A DNA stretch of 63,785 nt, counting the filler, from Chiloscyllium plagiosum (taxonomy: Eukaryota), in NCBI RefSeq assembly GCF_004010195.1. It is 5 parts of one record of this genome, joined end to end, with 100 filler letters (N's around TTAATTAATTAA, not from the genome) between each part and the next. Parts side by side here need not be neighbours in the genome. Positions count along the whole stretch, not along the records: positions 22,514 to 46,356 come from NC_057711.1; positions 46,457 to 61,733 come from NC_057711.1; 3 more parts are not named here. One strand, 5' to 3'. Below the pieces are notes generated by a model. The model was not told the origin of the DNA and did no database searches. It worked only from the letters and a program-made list of their open reading frames with translations. Position numbers and translations under genes: made by a program. Numbering within the stretch: the first letter of the stretch is position 1; each line of letters starts with the position of its first letter. Shown one piece after another: positions 35,901 through 49,114 of the stretch.

Positions 35901-38900
35901 TAGTCATAGAGTTACAGAGATGTACAGCACGGAAACAGACCCTTCAGTCCAATTCGTCCATGCCGACCAGATATCCCAACCCAATCTAGTCCCACCTGCC
36001 AGCACCCAGCCCATATCCCTTCAAATCCTTCCTATTCAGATATCCATTCAGATGCCTTTCAAATGTTGCAATTGTACTATCCTCCACCACTTCCTCTGGC
36101 AGCTCATTCCATACAAGTACCACCCTCTGCATGAAAATGTTGCCCCTTAGGTCTATTTTATATCTTTCCCCTCTCACCCTAAACCTATGCCTTCTAGTTC
36201 TGGACTCCCCAATCCCAGGGAAAATACTTTGTCTAGTTATCCTATCCATGCCCCTCATGATTTTATAAACCTCAATAAGGTCACCCCTCAGCATCTGATG
36301 TACCAGGGAAAACATCCCTAGCCTATTCAACCTCTCCTTATACCTCAAATCCTCCAACCCTGGCATCATCTTTGCAAATCTTTTCTGAACCCTTTAAAGT
36401 TTCACAACATCACTCCGAAAGGAAGGAGACCAGAATTGCACGCAATATTTCAACAGTGGCCTAATCAATGTCCTGTGTAGTCGCAACATGACCTCCCAAC
36501 TCCTGTACTCGATATTCTGACCAATAAAGGAAAGCATACCAAAAAAATTCTTCGCTCTCCTATCTACCTGTGACTCCACTTTCAAGGAGCTATGAACCTG
36601 CACTCCAAGGTCTCTTTGTTCAGCAACACTCTCTAGGACATTACCATTAAGTGTATAAGTTTCCCAAAAAGCAGTACCTCACATTTATCTAAGTTAAACT
36701 CCATCTACCACTTCTCAGCCCTTGGCCCATCTGATCAAGATCCCGTTGTAATCTGAGGTAACCTTCTTTGCTGAAGAGGAGAAAGTGAGGACTGCAGATG
36801 CTGGAGATCAGAGCTGAAAATGTGTTGCTGGAAAAGCGCAGCAGGTCAGGCAGCATCCAGGGAACAGGAGAAGGAACCTGAAGAAGGGCTTGTGCCTGAA
36901 ACGTCGATTCTCCTGTTCCTTGGATGCTGCCTGACCTGCTGCGCTTTTCCAGCAACACATTTTCAGCTCTAACCTTCTTTGCTGTCCACTACACTTCCAA
37001 TTTTGTCCACTACGCCTCCACTACACCTCCATTTACTAACTATACCTCTTATGCTCACATCCAAATCATTTGTATAAATGATGAAAAGTAGTGGAACCGG
37101 CACTGATCCTTGTGGCATTCCACTGGTCACAGGCCTCCAGTCTGAAAAACTACCCTCCACTACTACCCTTTGTCTTCTAACTTTGAGACAGTTCTGTATC
37201 CAAATGGCTAGTTCTCCCTGTATTCCAAGAGATCTAACTTTGCTAATCCGTCTCTCATGGGGAACCTTGTCGAACGCTCTACTGACGTCCATACAGATCA
37301 TATCTACCACTCTGCCCTCATCAATCATCTTTGTTACTGATTCAAAAAACTCTATCAAGCTTGTGAGACATGATTTCCCAAACACAAAACCATGTTGACT
37401 ATCCCTAGTCAGTCCTTGCCTTTCCAAATACAGGGAGGTCCCTCAGGATTCCCTCCAACAACTTGCCCAACACTGATGTCAGGCTCAATGGTCTATAGTT
37501 CCCTGGCTTGCTCTTAACACCTTTCGTAAACAGTGGTACCACATTAGCCAACTTCCAGTTTTCCGGCACCTCACCTGTGACTATTGATGATACAAATATC
37601 TCAGTAAGAGGTTCAGCAATCACTTCCCTAGCTCCCCACAGAGTTCTAGGGTACACCTGATCAGGTCCTGGGGATTTATCCACTATTATGCGTTTCAACA
37701 CATCCAGCACTTCCTCCTCTATAACATTTTTCAAGATGTCACCATCTATTTCCCTACATTCTACACCTTCCATGTCCTTTTCCACATTAAATGTTGATGC
37801 AAAATACTCGTTTTGTATCTCCTCCATCTCCTGCGGCTCCACACCAAGGCCGCCTTGCTGATCTTTGAGGGGCCCTATTCTCTCTCTAATTACCCTTTTA
37901 TCCTTAATCCATTTGTAAAAACCCTTTGGATTCTCATTAATTCTATTTGCCAAAGCTAACTCATGACCCCTTTTTGCCTTCCTTTTCCCCCTTAAGTATA
38001 TTCCTACTGCCTTTATATTCTTCTAAGGATTCACTTGATCTATCCTGTCTATACCTTACATATGCTTCCTTCTTTTTCTTAACCAAACCCTCAATTTCTT
38101 TAGTCATCCAGCATTCCCTATACCTACCAGCCTTTCCTTTCATCCTAACAGGAATATACTTTCGCTGGATTCTTGTTCTCACATTTTCCAACCGTCCCTT
38201 TACCTGCGAACATCTGCCCACCACCAGCTCCTCAGCCAAGCATTCATCTGCTCTAACCTCCTATTCCTGCCCTCATTAGCTTGTAGTACCAGTAGTAATC
38301 CAGATATTACTACTCTCGAGGACCTCCTTTTTAAATTCCTACCTAACTCTCTGTAAACTCCCGTCAGAATTTCAACCTTTTCCCTTCCTCTATCATTGGT
38401 TCCAATGTGTACAATGACTTCCTGCTGGCCCCTCTCCCTCTTGAAAACATTCTGCACCCTCTCTGAGACATCCTTGATCCTGGCACCAGGGAAGCAACAC
38501 ACCATTCTGCTTTTTCTCTGCTGGCCACTGAAACATCTGTCTGTACCTCAGACCAGAAAGTTCCCTAACACAATCGATCTCTTGGAACCCGACGTAACCC
38601 TCATTGCATTAGACCCAGTCTCAATACCAGAAACTTGGCTGTTTGTGCTACATTCCCATGAGAATCCATCACCCCTATATTTTCCAAAACAGCATACTTG
38701 TTAGAAATGTGGATAGCCACAAAAGACTCCTGCACTAACTGCCTACCTCTCTTACCTTTCCTGGAGTTAACCCATCTATGTGACTGTATCTGCAATTTCT
38801 CCCCCTTCCTATAACTGCCATCCACCACATCCCTTTGATCTTGTAAATTCCTCACTGTCTGTAACTGTCTTTCCAACCGATCCATTTGATCTGATAGAAT

Positions 38901-39100
38901 TCACAACCAACGGCATTTATTGCAGATATAATCTTCAGTAACACGTAAACTCTCCCTAAACTCCCATATCTGACAAAAAGAGCATATCGCTCTTCTAAAG
39001 GCCAATTTGCTTCTTTCAATCTACAGACCCAGAAAATAGCACTGTCTTATTCCTCTACAAAACACTGCTCCAGATTAAATTAATACTTATGGCTTATGTT
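35901..39100 (-). mobile_element. CR1 LINE, both ends present, internal deletion of EN region
   Basis: ORF1 CFPGARIKDV..VHIGTND joined at ~38220 to ORF2 linker/RT; 3' tail at 35901. Confidence 0.9.
36774..36970. mobile_element. Palindromic Penelope-terminus mini-element
   Basis: 14-bp TSD AACCTTCTTTGCTG (36760-36773, 36971-36984); inverted arms; CTGAAGA-AGGGCTTGTGCCT-GAAACGTC at 36878-36905. Confidence 0.85.
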
Positions 39101-39176
39101 TTATGTTATGGTTATGGTATAAGACAAACATTTTTTAAATTAGACTATTTTTATATATTGATGGCTTAAGCTTTTT

Positions 39177-39720
39177 AAGGGAGGAGGTGTGATGATACCA
39201 TGATGTTCAGAGAGGTATGTCTTGTCTTGGTTTAGTTATGAAGAACGTTTGAGACTGAGGTGATGATCAATCTGCTCCAAAGTCAATAAAGTAAACAGCT
39301 TGTGAGGCCGTGGGCTTTTTTTTTCAAATTTAGAATGATAGAAGCAGCCTGAATAGTTGGGGTCAAACTCCCACAGAACCAGGATAGTTCGTTTTAGCTT
39401 TCTGCAGTTGCTAAGATCTTGAACCTGATGTGGAAGCTGTTACTCCTCTCTCCATTACAGTTAAAAGCTGGGGTTCTCTTCCTGCTGCTAGAATTGCAGG
39501 TGAGACAATCTATTTCACTGAATTTGCATTTGCCAGGGGTGTGTTTATGGGGAACAGTTAATTAATAATGGTTTATATATATATGTATATACATATAGTT
39601 AAGTCTTTCTATAGAGTTACAGTTAAGCCAATTCTTTTATTTTTATTTAGCCTGTGTTTTAATTATAGTGTATGAATAAAACATGTCTTATTTCAAGCTC
39701 TGAAGTTTGACCAACTGAGA
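39177..39720 (+). mobile_element. Polypurine tract and partial 3' LTR of the Gypsy element
   Basis: AAGGGAGGAGG (39177-39187) directly followed by TGTGATG at 39188; AATAAA ~39675; right end not defined. Confidence 0.6.
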
Positions 39721-39724
39721 TGGA

Positions 39725-41690
39725 ATAAGCCTGGAATGAGGAAGGCTAAGAGGAAGCATGAGGAGAGAATGCCAGACTGCATTAAAACAAGTAGTAAAAT
39801 GTTCTTCAAACTTATTAATAGTAAACGATTAAGTGAAGGACAGAGTGGGGCCCATGAGGAATAAACAGGGTGAGCTGCTCACTGAAGGAAAGGGTAAGGC
39901 AGACGTACTAAATAAGCAATTTATTTCTGTCTTTACCAAATCAGAATATGGTGGTAATGGCCCTGTTTAACATGTGCGTGTTGAGCAACTGAGCAGTGTA
40001 GCGATAGATGAAAAAGCGATGCTAAAAAGGCTGGCAGCACTCCAGGTAGAGAAGGCACCAAGGATGGATGGGATGCATCCTGGATTGCTGAGGGAGCAAA
40101 TTACAGAGTTGTTGACAGAAATTTTCCAGGCCTTGCTGAACGCTGATTAATCCTGGGAGACTGGAGGATTGCAAATATTACAGCATTGTTTATGAAAGTG
40201 CGAAAGGGTAACCCAGGATACTATAGACCTGTCAGTTTGACATCAGTAGTGGGAAACTAATGGAGACCATAATATGGGAGAAGCTAACTATAAACTTAGA
40301 GAAAAATAAGTTAATACTAGACAGTCAAGGACAAGTCATGTCTGGCAAATTTAATTGTGTTCTTTAAAGAGATGACACAGGCATGTGGATGAAGGTAATG
40401 CTGTGGATGTTGTATATTTGGACATTCGGAAAGCACTTGACATGGTATCATGTGGCAGGTTGGTAAGTAGATTAGAAATGCTTGGGATTGATGGGTCCTT
40501 GTCAGTATGGATTAGAAGCTAACTAACAGATAAGATAGAGTGGGTAAGTGTAAATAGGCATTTCTCAAATTGGAGATGAGTTTAAAGTGATGTTCCTCAG
40601 GGATCAGTGCTGGGACGCTAGCTTTTTCTGATTTATATAAATACTTTGGAGATTGGCATTGAGGACAATATCTCTAAATTTACGGATGATACTAAGCTAG
40701 GGAGAATCATAAATTAGAAGGATGATGCTGAGCAACTGTCAAGGGACATTGACAAGTTGCCAAATGGGCAGACACTTGGCAGATGAAATTCAATGCAAAG
40801 AAATGTGAGGTAATGCATTTTGGAAGAAGAAACGTGGAGAGACAACACTAGCTCAATGATACAATTTTGAGGAGAGTACAGGAGCAGAGGGATCTTGGGG
40901 TTCATGTGCATAATTCTCTGAAAGTGGCCAGGCAAGTTGAAACAATTGTTAAAGAGGTTTATAGGGTGCTTCGGTCTATAAATAGAACATAGAACTTAGA
41001 AAAGAACATAGAACATAGAACAATACAGCGCAGAACAGGTCCTTCGGCCCTCGATGTTGCACCGACCTGTGAACTATTCTCAGTTTGTCCCCTTACATTA
41101 TCCCAATAGATGCATAGAGCACAAAAGCAAGGATATACAAATCATTGGGCAAACGATATTTGGAATAATGTGTTCACTTCTGGGCCTCTTTTTATTGAAG
41201 GAAAGATATTAAAACCCTGGAAAGAGTGCAAAGCAGACTTACTGGAATGATACCAGGAATGATTAGAGAAATTGGGATTACTCTTCTTGGAGCAGAGAAG
41301 ATTAAGAGGTGTCCTGATTAAGGTGTGCAAAATTACCAACAATTTAGACATGGCAAAGAAGGGTACTCTGTTTCCACTAGTTGGTATGTCAGTAAAGAGG
41401 TGTCACAATTTCAAGATTGTCAAGAAAAGCCCGGAGTGAGATGAGAAAAAGCTTCTTTATTCAGAGTTGTTAGGATTTGGAGTGCACTGCCTGTGAGAGT
41501 GGTGGAAGTGGATTCCATATGAGGTTTCAAAAGAGACCTGGATATATATTTGAAAGTGATGAATTTAGAGGCTACAGATGTAGGACTGGAGAATGACATG
41601 AGTTGGGCAGCTCTTTCTGGAGCCAGTACAGACACAATGAATACAATGGCCTCCTCCTGTACTGTAAAATTCTATTGTTCTATGATTCTA
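39725..41690 (+). mobile_element. Older CR1 LINE RT to 3' end (many stops), with short antisense CR1 tail insert ~41005-41107
   Basis: YRPVSLTSVV, PQGSVLG, KFTDDTKLG; tail ATTCTATTGTTCTATGATTCT. Confidence 0.85.
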
Positions 41691-42322
41691 AGTCCATTTT
41701 GTGGCACTGTGTCAGATGACTTTTGAAAGTCCATGCATATGCCCTCCAGGGCCCAGGACAGGGGAATACATCAGGGACCAATAATTGGGACCTGGCTCTC
41801 TCAGGGCTCTCTATGGTTGGGTGGGTGTTGTGACTCCAGCGCTTGGACTACACGTCTATGCCAGAACCAGCACCAGGGCCAATGCATACTGCCCCTGACG
41901 ATATCACCAGTGTTATCCTCATGAACCTTCTCTGTTACCTCACCAAAATACTCAAGCAATTTAGTTCAACATTATTTAACTTTAACAAATCCATGCATTT
42001 TCCTTCATTCATCTACATTTGTAAGTCAGTTAATTTTCTCCTGAATCATCATTTCTAAACTTTTCCTCAGCAAACGGTTAAACTGATCAGCCCCTTGTTC
42101 CTATGTTTAACTTTATATGCTTTATAAACCAAAGATAAAATATCTGTAATTTCCCAATCCTCTGGCTCTACCTAGAGTCTAAGGGAGATTAGAAAATTAT
42201 GCACAGTGCTTCTATAATTTTGAGTCTTACTTGCCTCAATATCTTGGGATGCATTGCATCTTCCCCTGGAGACTTTTCAACTTTGAGTACAACCAACTTA
42301 CCTCATACAGCATCTCAATCTA

Positions 42323-42800
42323 CTGAGTGGATACAGAAAATATTTACAAGGCTGTTGCCAGGACTGGAGGGTTTAAACTATTTGGAGAGGCTTAATAGGT
42401 TAGGGTTATTTCCCCCAGAGGGTCGGAGACTGAGGGGTGACCTTTTCAGATTTATAAAATCATGGATAGGAGGAATAGCTGAGATATTTTTCCCAGACAG
42501 GGGGAGCCCACAACTAGACGGCATAGGTTTAAGGTGAGAGGGGAATGATTTAAAAAGGACCTGAGGGGTAACGTTTTCACACAGAGGGTGGTGCATGTAT
42601 GGAATAAGCTACCAAGAAAGTGGAGGCTGGTACAATTGCAACATTTAAAATGCATTGAATGGATACATGTATGAGAAGGGGTTAGAGGGAAATGGGCCAA
42701 ATACTAGCAAATGGGACTAGATCAGATTAGAGGGTCTGGTCAGCGTGGATGAGTTGGACAAAGGGGTCTGTTTTAGTGCTGTAAGACTCCATGACTCTAT
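42323..42800 (+). mobile_element. 5'-truncated CR1 3' end
   Basis: ERLNRLGLF..RRLRGDL; tail GACTCCATGACTCTAT. Confidence 0.85.
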
Positions 42801-42877
42801 AAGTGCCTGAACCATCTTCTCTTTCACCATGACTGTGGCAGCATGTACATATTGATAAAGTTTTTTGTTTGAAAAAG

Positions 42878-43207
42878 GGTGGATCAGGAGCTAGCACTGC
42901 TACCTCACAATGCCAGGGACCCAGATTTGATTCCAGCCTCCGGCGACTGTCTGTGTGGAGCTTGCACATTCTCCCCGTATCTGTATGGGTTTTCTCTGAG
43001 TGCTCAACTTTCCTCCCACAGTCCAAAGATGTGCAGATTAGGTAGATTAACTGTGCTAAATTGCCCAAGGTGTCCAGGGATGTGCAGGCAAGGTGGATTA
43101 GCCATGGGTAGTGCAGAGGAAAGAGGGTGTTGTGTGATGCCCTTTGGAGGGTTGGTGTGGACTTGATGGGCTGAATGGCCTGATTCCACACTGTAGGGAT
43201 TGTATGA
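42878..43207 (+). mobile_element. V-SINE (diverged HE1-like)
   Basis: tRNA-like head and V-domain; followed by a Penelope terminus fragment 43237-43342. Confidence 0.8.
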
Positions 43208-43970
43208 TAGATACATAGTACTTATTGAATACCTTGACTCCTGATGAAGGGCTCCTTGGATGCTGCCTGGCCTACTGTGCTTTCCCAGCACCACTCTAAT
43301 CTCGACTCTGATCTCCAGCATCTGCAGTCCTCACATTCTCCTGCCTCCATATGTAAATCCCCTGTTAGATCCGTGATTGGCCCCATTCAAACTTTTGCCA
43401 ATTTTTTTTTACTCTTTATGTAACTGTAGGAGATTTTTTTATTTATTTTTGTAAGCTGCCAGACTCTTCTCAAACTCTCTATTTGCTTCCAGGCACCACA
43501 TCCAAAGCATCCATTCCTTCGCCATCAATATTCAGTAGCAATAGTGTGTACTATAGACAAAATGCACTGCAGAAATTCACCAAATATCCTTGGACAGCAC
43601 CTTCCAAATCCCAGACTACCTCCATCCAGATGTGTAAGGGCAGAAGATACATGGAAACACCATCACTTGCAATTCCCCTCCAAGCCACTCACCATTCGAA
43701 ATAAATTGCCATTTCTTCTCTGTTGTTGGGTCAAAATCCTGGAATTCCCTCCCAGCCAGCAATGCCCACATCCCACAAGTGAATACAAAAGAAACTTTAG
43801 TTTAAACTCTCCCCAGTAATACCGGTAAATCACCCACTAGGGAATTTGTGCAGGCCTGGTCAGGCGCATCTTGCCCAGGAATCTAAAACACTGCCTCTTG
43901 CACTATCTCTCAAGTCAGGCTTTGTCTGCTCTATTCTGTACTCACCAGCACTTGCCATCCAGAGTAATCT

Positions 43971-44633
43971 AGGGCTCTGCCTGTGAGATCCTTTATGCAC
44001 ACCCGGACTCTCTGCCACACTGCCCGCTGCCCTCGAAGCAGCTATGGAGGGGACGAGACTGTCACACACCTATTTCTGGAATGTGCCTACGCAAAAGAAG
44101 TCTGGAGACAAATGCAGTGTTGTTTGTCAAGGTTCATCCCGAGCAGCTCCGTGACGCGGGACTCAGTGCTCTATGGTCTGTTCCCCGGGATGCACACTGA
44201 GACGAACATCATCTGTGCCTGGAGGATCATCAACTCGGTGGAAGATGCTCTTTGGTCTGTCCGAAACCTGTTGATCTTCCAGCTGAAGGAGTTGACCCCG
44301 ACTGAGTGTTGCGGACTGGCACATTCCAGGGTCCAGGACTACGTGTTGCAGGATGCGCTGAAGCTTGGGGCAGCTGCTGCCAAGGCGCGGTGGGGAAAGA
44401 CCACCGTGTAACGTCTGCCTGCCAAAGAACAGGGGGGGGGGGCATTCTGTAAGGGGGCTCCGCTGATGCCTCAGCTAAATATATGGATGGTCAATGTACA
44501 GACCTGTATATATGAATGATTACTCAATCTCTGTATGCAAAGAAATGGAATGTTTACATCTGTAAGGCATGGCCAATTGTACAGATCATCAAAATATTTT
44601 ATGAATAAAGTATATTTTTGAAATAAAATAAAA
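43971..44633 (+). mobile_element. 5'-truncated Tx1 copy with TSD
   Basis: Open C-terminal ORF2 (zf-RVT ... ARWGKTTV*), 3' UTR, (AAAAT)n tail; GAGTAATCT on both flanks (43962-43970, 44638-44646). Confidence 0.9.
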
Positions 44634-46147
44634 TCAGGAGTAATCTGGAGAGTACTGCCTTTGAGGTCTTGCTTACTGGCTCCTTACAACCTGTTAGCCA
44701 AAATGTATACCTTTTTCTACTGATTTCATTGGTACTGAGCACCACTGGCTGTTCAGCCTCTTACCCTTTCAGCCACTCATTGACATTTGTGATCCTGTTC
44801 CCAGGGAGGCAATCCCAGATTCACATGAGAAATGCCTGTCTGTTGTCCCAATATATTTCCTGCTTTTTCAAACCACCACACCCCCTGCCCAGATCCTCAT
44901 CCCCGACGTATAGCTGAGATGGCCATAGTGACATCGACTTGGCTGTTGCTGCATTCCTCTGATGAACTGTCTCTTTCACCAATGATCAGACCTGAAGATT
45001 TGTTGGAGGGTGAGATGCTTGCAGGACCTTCATGACTAGTTAACCAGTCATCTATTCCCTCGCTCCCTGCACGCCCTTAAGCTGCAAAGCGACCACATCG
45101 TTGGGCTATCTATAAAGATTTTGACCGTATGGACATATTTCAGTGAAGTCAGCACCTATTCAAGTTCTGAAATCAAGAGGTTGAGCTGCTGGTGATACAT
45201 CTAACAAAGAGAATTTTCCAGGGCCCAGGAACTACCTGGGAGTTTCCACATAAAACTCCACTGACCAAGCTGTACTGCCATGGGTCTTCTCACTAAAAAG
45301 TAACACTAAATAATAAAGACTGACTAGATTCCGATCAATGAGCTGCTTCTTTTCTGCTGCTGTTCACAGGAAGGCGAACAAAAATGTTTTTCTTAACTCT
45401 TAATGTTAGTACCTCACGATCGGCACAGACATGGTGGAGTGAAGGCCCTGTTTCAGTGCTGCACTGTGCTACTCTCTATATCTGAAAGCCTCAGATTTTA
45501 ATTCACTGAACAATTTAGAACTTCTTCGTTTTAGTCCTCTTTGCTATTTGATTAGAACTTTATCCTCTGGGTCTGATTGGTAGATTGAGCAATGATTATA
45601 ATTATGATTAAGCACAAGATCAAATTCAGTTTTTCATATCTACACTAATTAATTAATCAATTTCAAATTAGTTTGTGTTTTCTTAATTTAGATGTAATTA
45701 CAAACATACCAGAAAAGTGACTCCTTCCCCTGCAAAATCACATCGCTTTCAGGCAGTCCGACCCTCTGACTCCTGCTCCCACTCTGTGTAAAACTCAGAT
45801 TAAAATACTTAATCTTCCAGCTCCAAGTTTAATCTAGAAGCATAGCTTCAAGAGAACATAAAATAGTCACCAATTACTTTCTTACCTGCTTTCATATGGC
45901 ATCATACTTTGACAATTATTTTTCAGCTTGCTTCACTGTCTCTGCCTGATTCACAGGCACTGTTTTTGACTGTGGACTCTGACACAGTTCTCTCACAGGC
46001 TCACTCTGTCTCCCACTGACTCCCTTCCACTCTTAACTGTAGGCCTTTGACACTGATTCACTCTCTAGCTTGCTGTGCTCTTATTCGACAAGGTGTGTAT
46101 GGTTGAGACTTCACTCATCTGTTTATCTTCATTGGTTCCTCTGAGCT

Positions 46148-46356
46148 AGGAGAAAGTGAGGACTGCAGATGCTGGAGATCAGAGCTGAAAATGTGTTGCT
46201 GGAAAAGTGCAGCAGGTCAGGCAGCATCCACGGAGCAGGAGAATCGACGTTTCATGCATGAGCCCTTCTTCAGGAATGAGGAGAGTGTGCCAAGCAGGCT
46301 AAGATAAAAGGTAGGGAGGAGGGACTTGGGGGAGGGGCGTTGGAAATGCGATAGGT
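46148..46356 (-). mobile_element. Penelope 3' terminus running into a gap
   Basis: Same terminal sequence as the other copies; degenerate hammerhead motif 46241-46278. Confidence 0.8.
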
Positions 46357-47853
46357 NNNNNNNNNNNNNNNNNNNNNNNNNNNNNNNNNNNNNNNNNNNN
46401 TTAATTAATTAANNNNNNNNNNNNNNNNNNNNNNNNNNNNNNNNNNNNNNNNNNNNTTCTGCCAAAGCCCCACCCCTCATCCTCCCATGGCTGCTCCCTA
46501 CCCTGCTTCCAATTCCCATTATCCCATTCCCAAACCAACAATCTCCCCTGCACCCCTTCTTTAATCTCTCCCAGCCAACCCACTGCCTTATTCCCCTTCC
46601 ACCATCGATTCCCATCCCATCTTCTTTCTCCTGCCAACCCCTCAACTCTGGGCAACTCTCTCCTTGCCCCCTCCTTAACCCCATGCTTCCCTTCCTTAAC
46701 CCCATGACAACCCCTTGCTGCCTGTGGAACCTTGTCCTGGCTATGAACCCCTTGTCATGGCAGCCAGTGAAATTGCAACATAAATGAATTAAACAATCTG
46801 GAATTTAAAGTTAATTTCAGTCATGGTGGTTATGAAACCATTGTTGATCTTTGTAAAAACCAATCTGAAGGATTAATGCCCTTTAAGGAAGGAAAAATCT
46901 GCCATCCTTTACCCAGCCTGGTCGACATGTGACTCCAGTCCCACAGCAATGTGGTTGGCTCTTGACTCCCCTCTGAAAATACCCCTGTGAGGCCATTCAG
47001 TCCAAGGGCAATAAGGGAATGGCAATAAATGTTGGTCTTAACAGTGACAGCCCACATGGATGGAAGAAGAAAAAAAACTTTTTTCTAGTAACAAAGATTG
47101 CTGGAATCTTAAATCAATATTGATCACCATGCCTCCACGCTTTTAGATTTAATCTGGAAACACGGAGAACAGCAGTCATCAGCTGTGTTCTTAAGAATGC
47201 GTGTCATTTGCCAGGCTAAGTTTGAGTACACAAAACTGTTTATCACTGATAGTAACAATTTCCTCTCCCAGTGCTGAGCAGGAAACATATGTACTGGATC
47301 ACTATCAATCCCTGGCCCCCTTCATCCACCCCCATAGGAAAGATACCTAGTTGGGTCCATAACAAAGCAGAGTGTGATCTGAATGGTTTCAATATTGAAC
47401 TTTCTCTGTGCTGTCTGCAGATTGGAAGCCTGAGAGCGTGGAATGGAACAAGAGAGTCTTGAATCGACAGGACGGGACCAGGAATGGGGTGGGTGGGGAT
47501 TGATACAAGGATGTCAAGGGTGACTGATGAATAATCCTTGAGCTTTAAGTTCAACTCCAACCCACTCAGCAAAGCACTCCTCTCCCACCCACTCTGTCAT
47601 TGCAACAGAAAGTAAAACCTTCTCCATACAATTCTCAGTTCATGCTGCAGTGACAGAATTCAGGATATTTGTACAGCACAGTCTAAGAGACTAAAAGCTG
47701 AAGGTGAAGCTGCTAGTAAAGGAAAGGCAAGCGACATTTAGTTAGCCATTGCTCCCTGGCAAACAAATACATGTCAGCTCCTCTCCGGAGGGAAGCGATA
47801 GCAGTTTCCTCCACACTCCAATGATTCTGGAATAGTATGCCCTTGTGTGTTAC

Positions 47854-47946
47854 CTGTGCGCCTTTCTTTAAGAGAGATTCAGCGAACGCCTTCCCCAGCC
47901 CTTGTGACGCTCCCGTTATCAAACCCACACAGTTCTTCAGGATCAT
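47854..47946 (-). CDS. hpgd: First coding exon of a 15-hydroxyprostaglandin dehydrogenase-like short-chain dehydrogenase
   Basis: MILKNCVGLITGASQGLGKAFAESLLKKGAQ: SDR TGxxxGxG motif; 93 nt, phase-0 donor CAG|GTAACA, agreeing with the recalled 31-codon exon 1 of vertebrate HPGD; lies in non-repetitive DNA. Confidence 0.75.
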
Positions 47947-48297
47947 CTTACTGGCTGTGCTGCAATGCTCAGGTTTTCCAGCCGGGAGCTTGTCCTGCTC
48001 CTACCTGCACTCGCACTAACAAGGGACTTCTTGCTGTGAACAACACTGCAGGCTGGCCCCTGGCCAGGAAACGCCTGCAATAGCAACTCTTTCAAAAAGT
48101 AGCAGCCAGTTTTCTGAACCCTTTTCTGCCGCCTGCTAGTTGTCAGTCAAACTATCCAGGAGGTTCCACTCGACAAAAATAAAAAACCCCGATTTAATAA
48201 TCACGATGCACCCTCAACATTGAAGGAGCATTCAGTACCTCCACGTGTCCAGTTTTATAATATTTCAAAATAGACTTTATTCATTAAAAAAAACTTT

Positions 48298-48535
48298 ATT
48301 AGATTAGATTCCCTACATTATGGAAACAGGCGATTTGGCTCAACAAGTTCACACCGACTCTCTGAAGAGAATCCACGCAGACCCATTCCCCTACCCTATA
48401 TTTACCCCTGCATCTAACACTATGGGCAATTTAACATGGCCAGTTCATCTGACCTGCTTATCTTTGGACTGTGGGAGGAAACCAGAGCACCCAGAGGAAA
48501 CCCACACAGACACGGGGAGGACGTGCAAATTCCAA
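48298..48535 (-). mobile_element. HE1-like V-SINE 3' part
   Basis: TAGATTAGATT tail and V-domain on minus strand. Confidence 0.85.
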
Positions 48536-48614
48536 ACATATATATGTGCATAACCACAAATGCATTTGCATTCTGTACAGTCAAAGAAACAAAATCATTG
48601 GAGTTAAATACTAA

Positions 48615-48808
48615 ATAAAAACGGAAAGAACCGCGGATACAGCTGCTGGAAAAGCTCAGCAGGTCTGGCAGCATCTGTGTAGAGAAATCAGAGTTAACGC
48701 TCTGGGCCCAGAGACCCTTCCTCAGAACCCATTGCGCCCAGAACATTAACTGTGCTTCCTCTGCACAGATGTTGCCAGACCTACTGAGCTTTTCCAGCAA
48801 TTTCTGCT
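48615..48808. mobile_element. Third-family palindromic Penelope-like mini-element (old)
   Basis: Inverted arms GCTGGAAAAGCTCAGCAGGTCTGGCAGCATCTGTG / CACAGATGTTGCCAGACCTACTGAGCTTTTCCAGC; degenerate CTGAGGA core on minus strand. Confidence 0.65.
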
Positions 48809-49114
48809 GAAACACTGGAGTTTGACTCTATCCAAACAAACCAAAGACATCTCTTACTTGAATCGGACTACATTTGCATGCACTTGATGCCAGTTTTGTT
48901 TCGTTGCTGACAGAGAGCTTTATTTTCTTATTTTCTTATTTCTATCATTCTTTTCAAAATGCAGATGTAAATATGAGTTGCATTTCGCAACTGTTTCACA
49001 CTCAGAGTCACTATTTGAAGTGACCCTATCCCATTATTTTTAGACAATGGACTGACTCTGCTTTAAAATGGGGGGGGAGAATGTGTAAGGTGTTTGTTTG
49101 CAGTGAGTAAATCT

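Noticed and set aside
47713..47853. Continuation of the 77-aa ORF beyond ...KKGAQ
   Set aside because: SDR similarity ends at the GT donor; the rest is intron read-through
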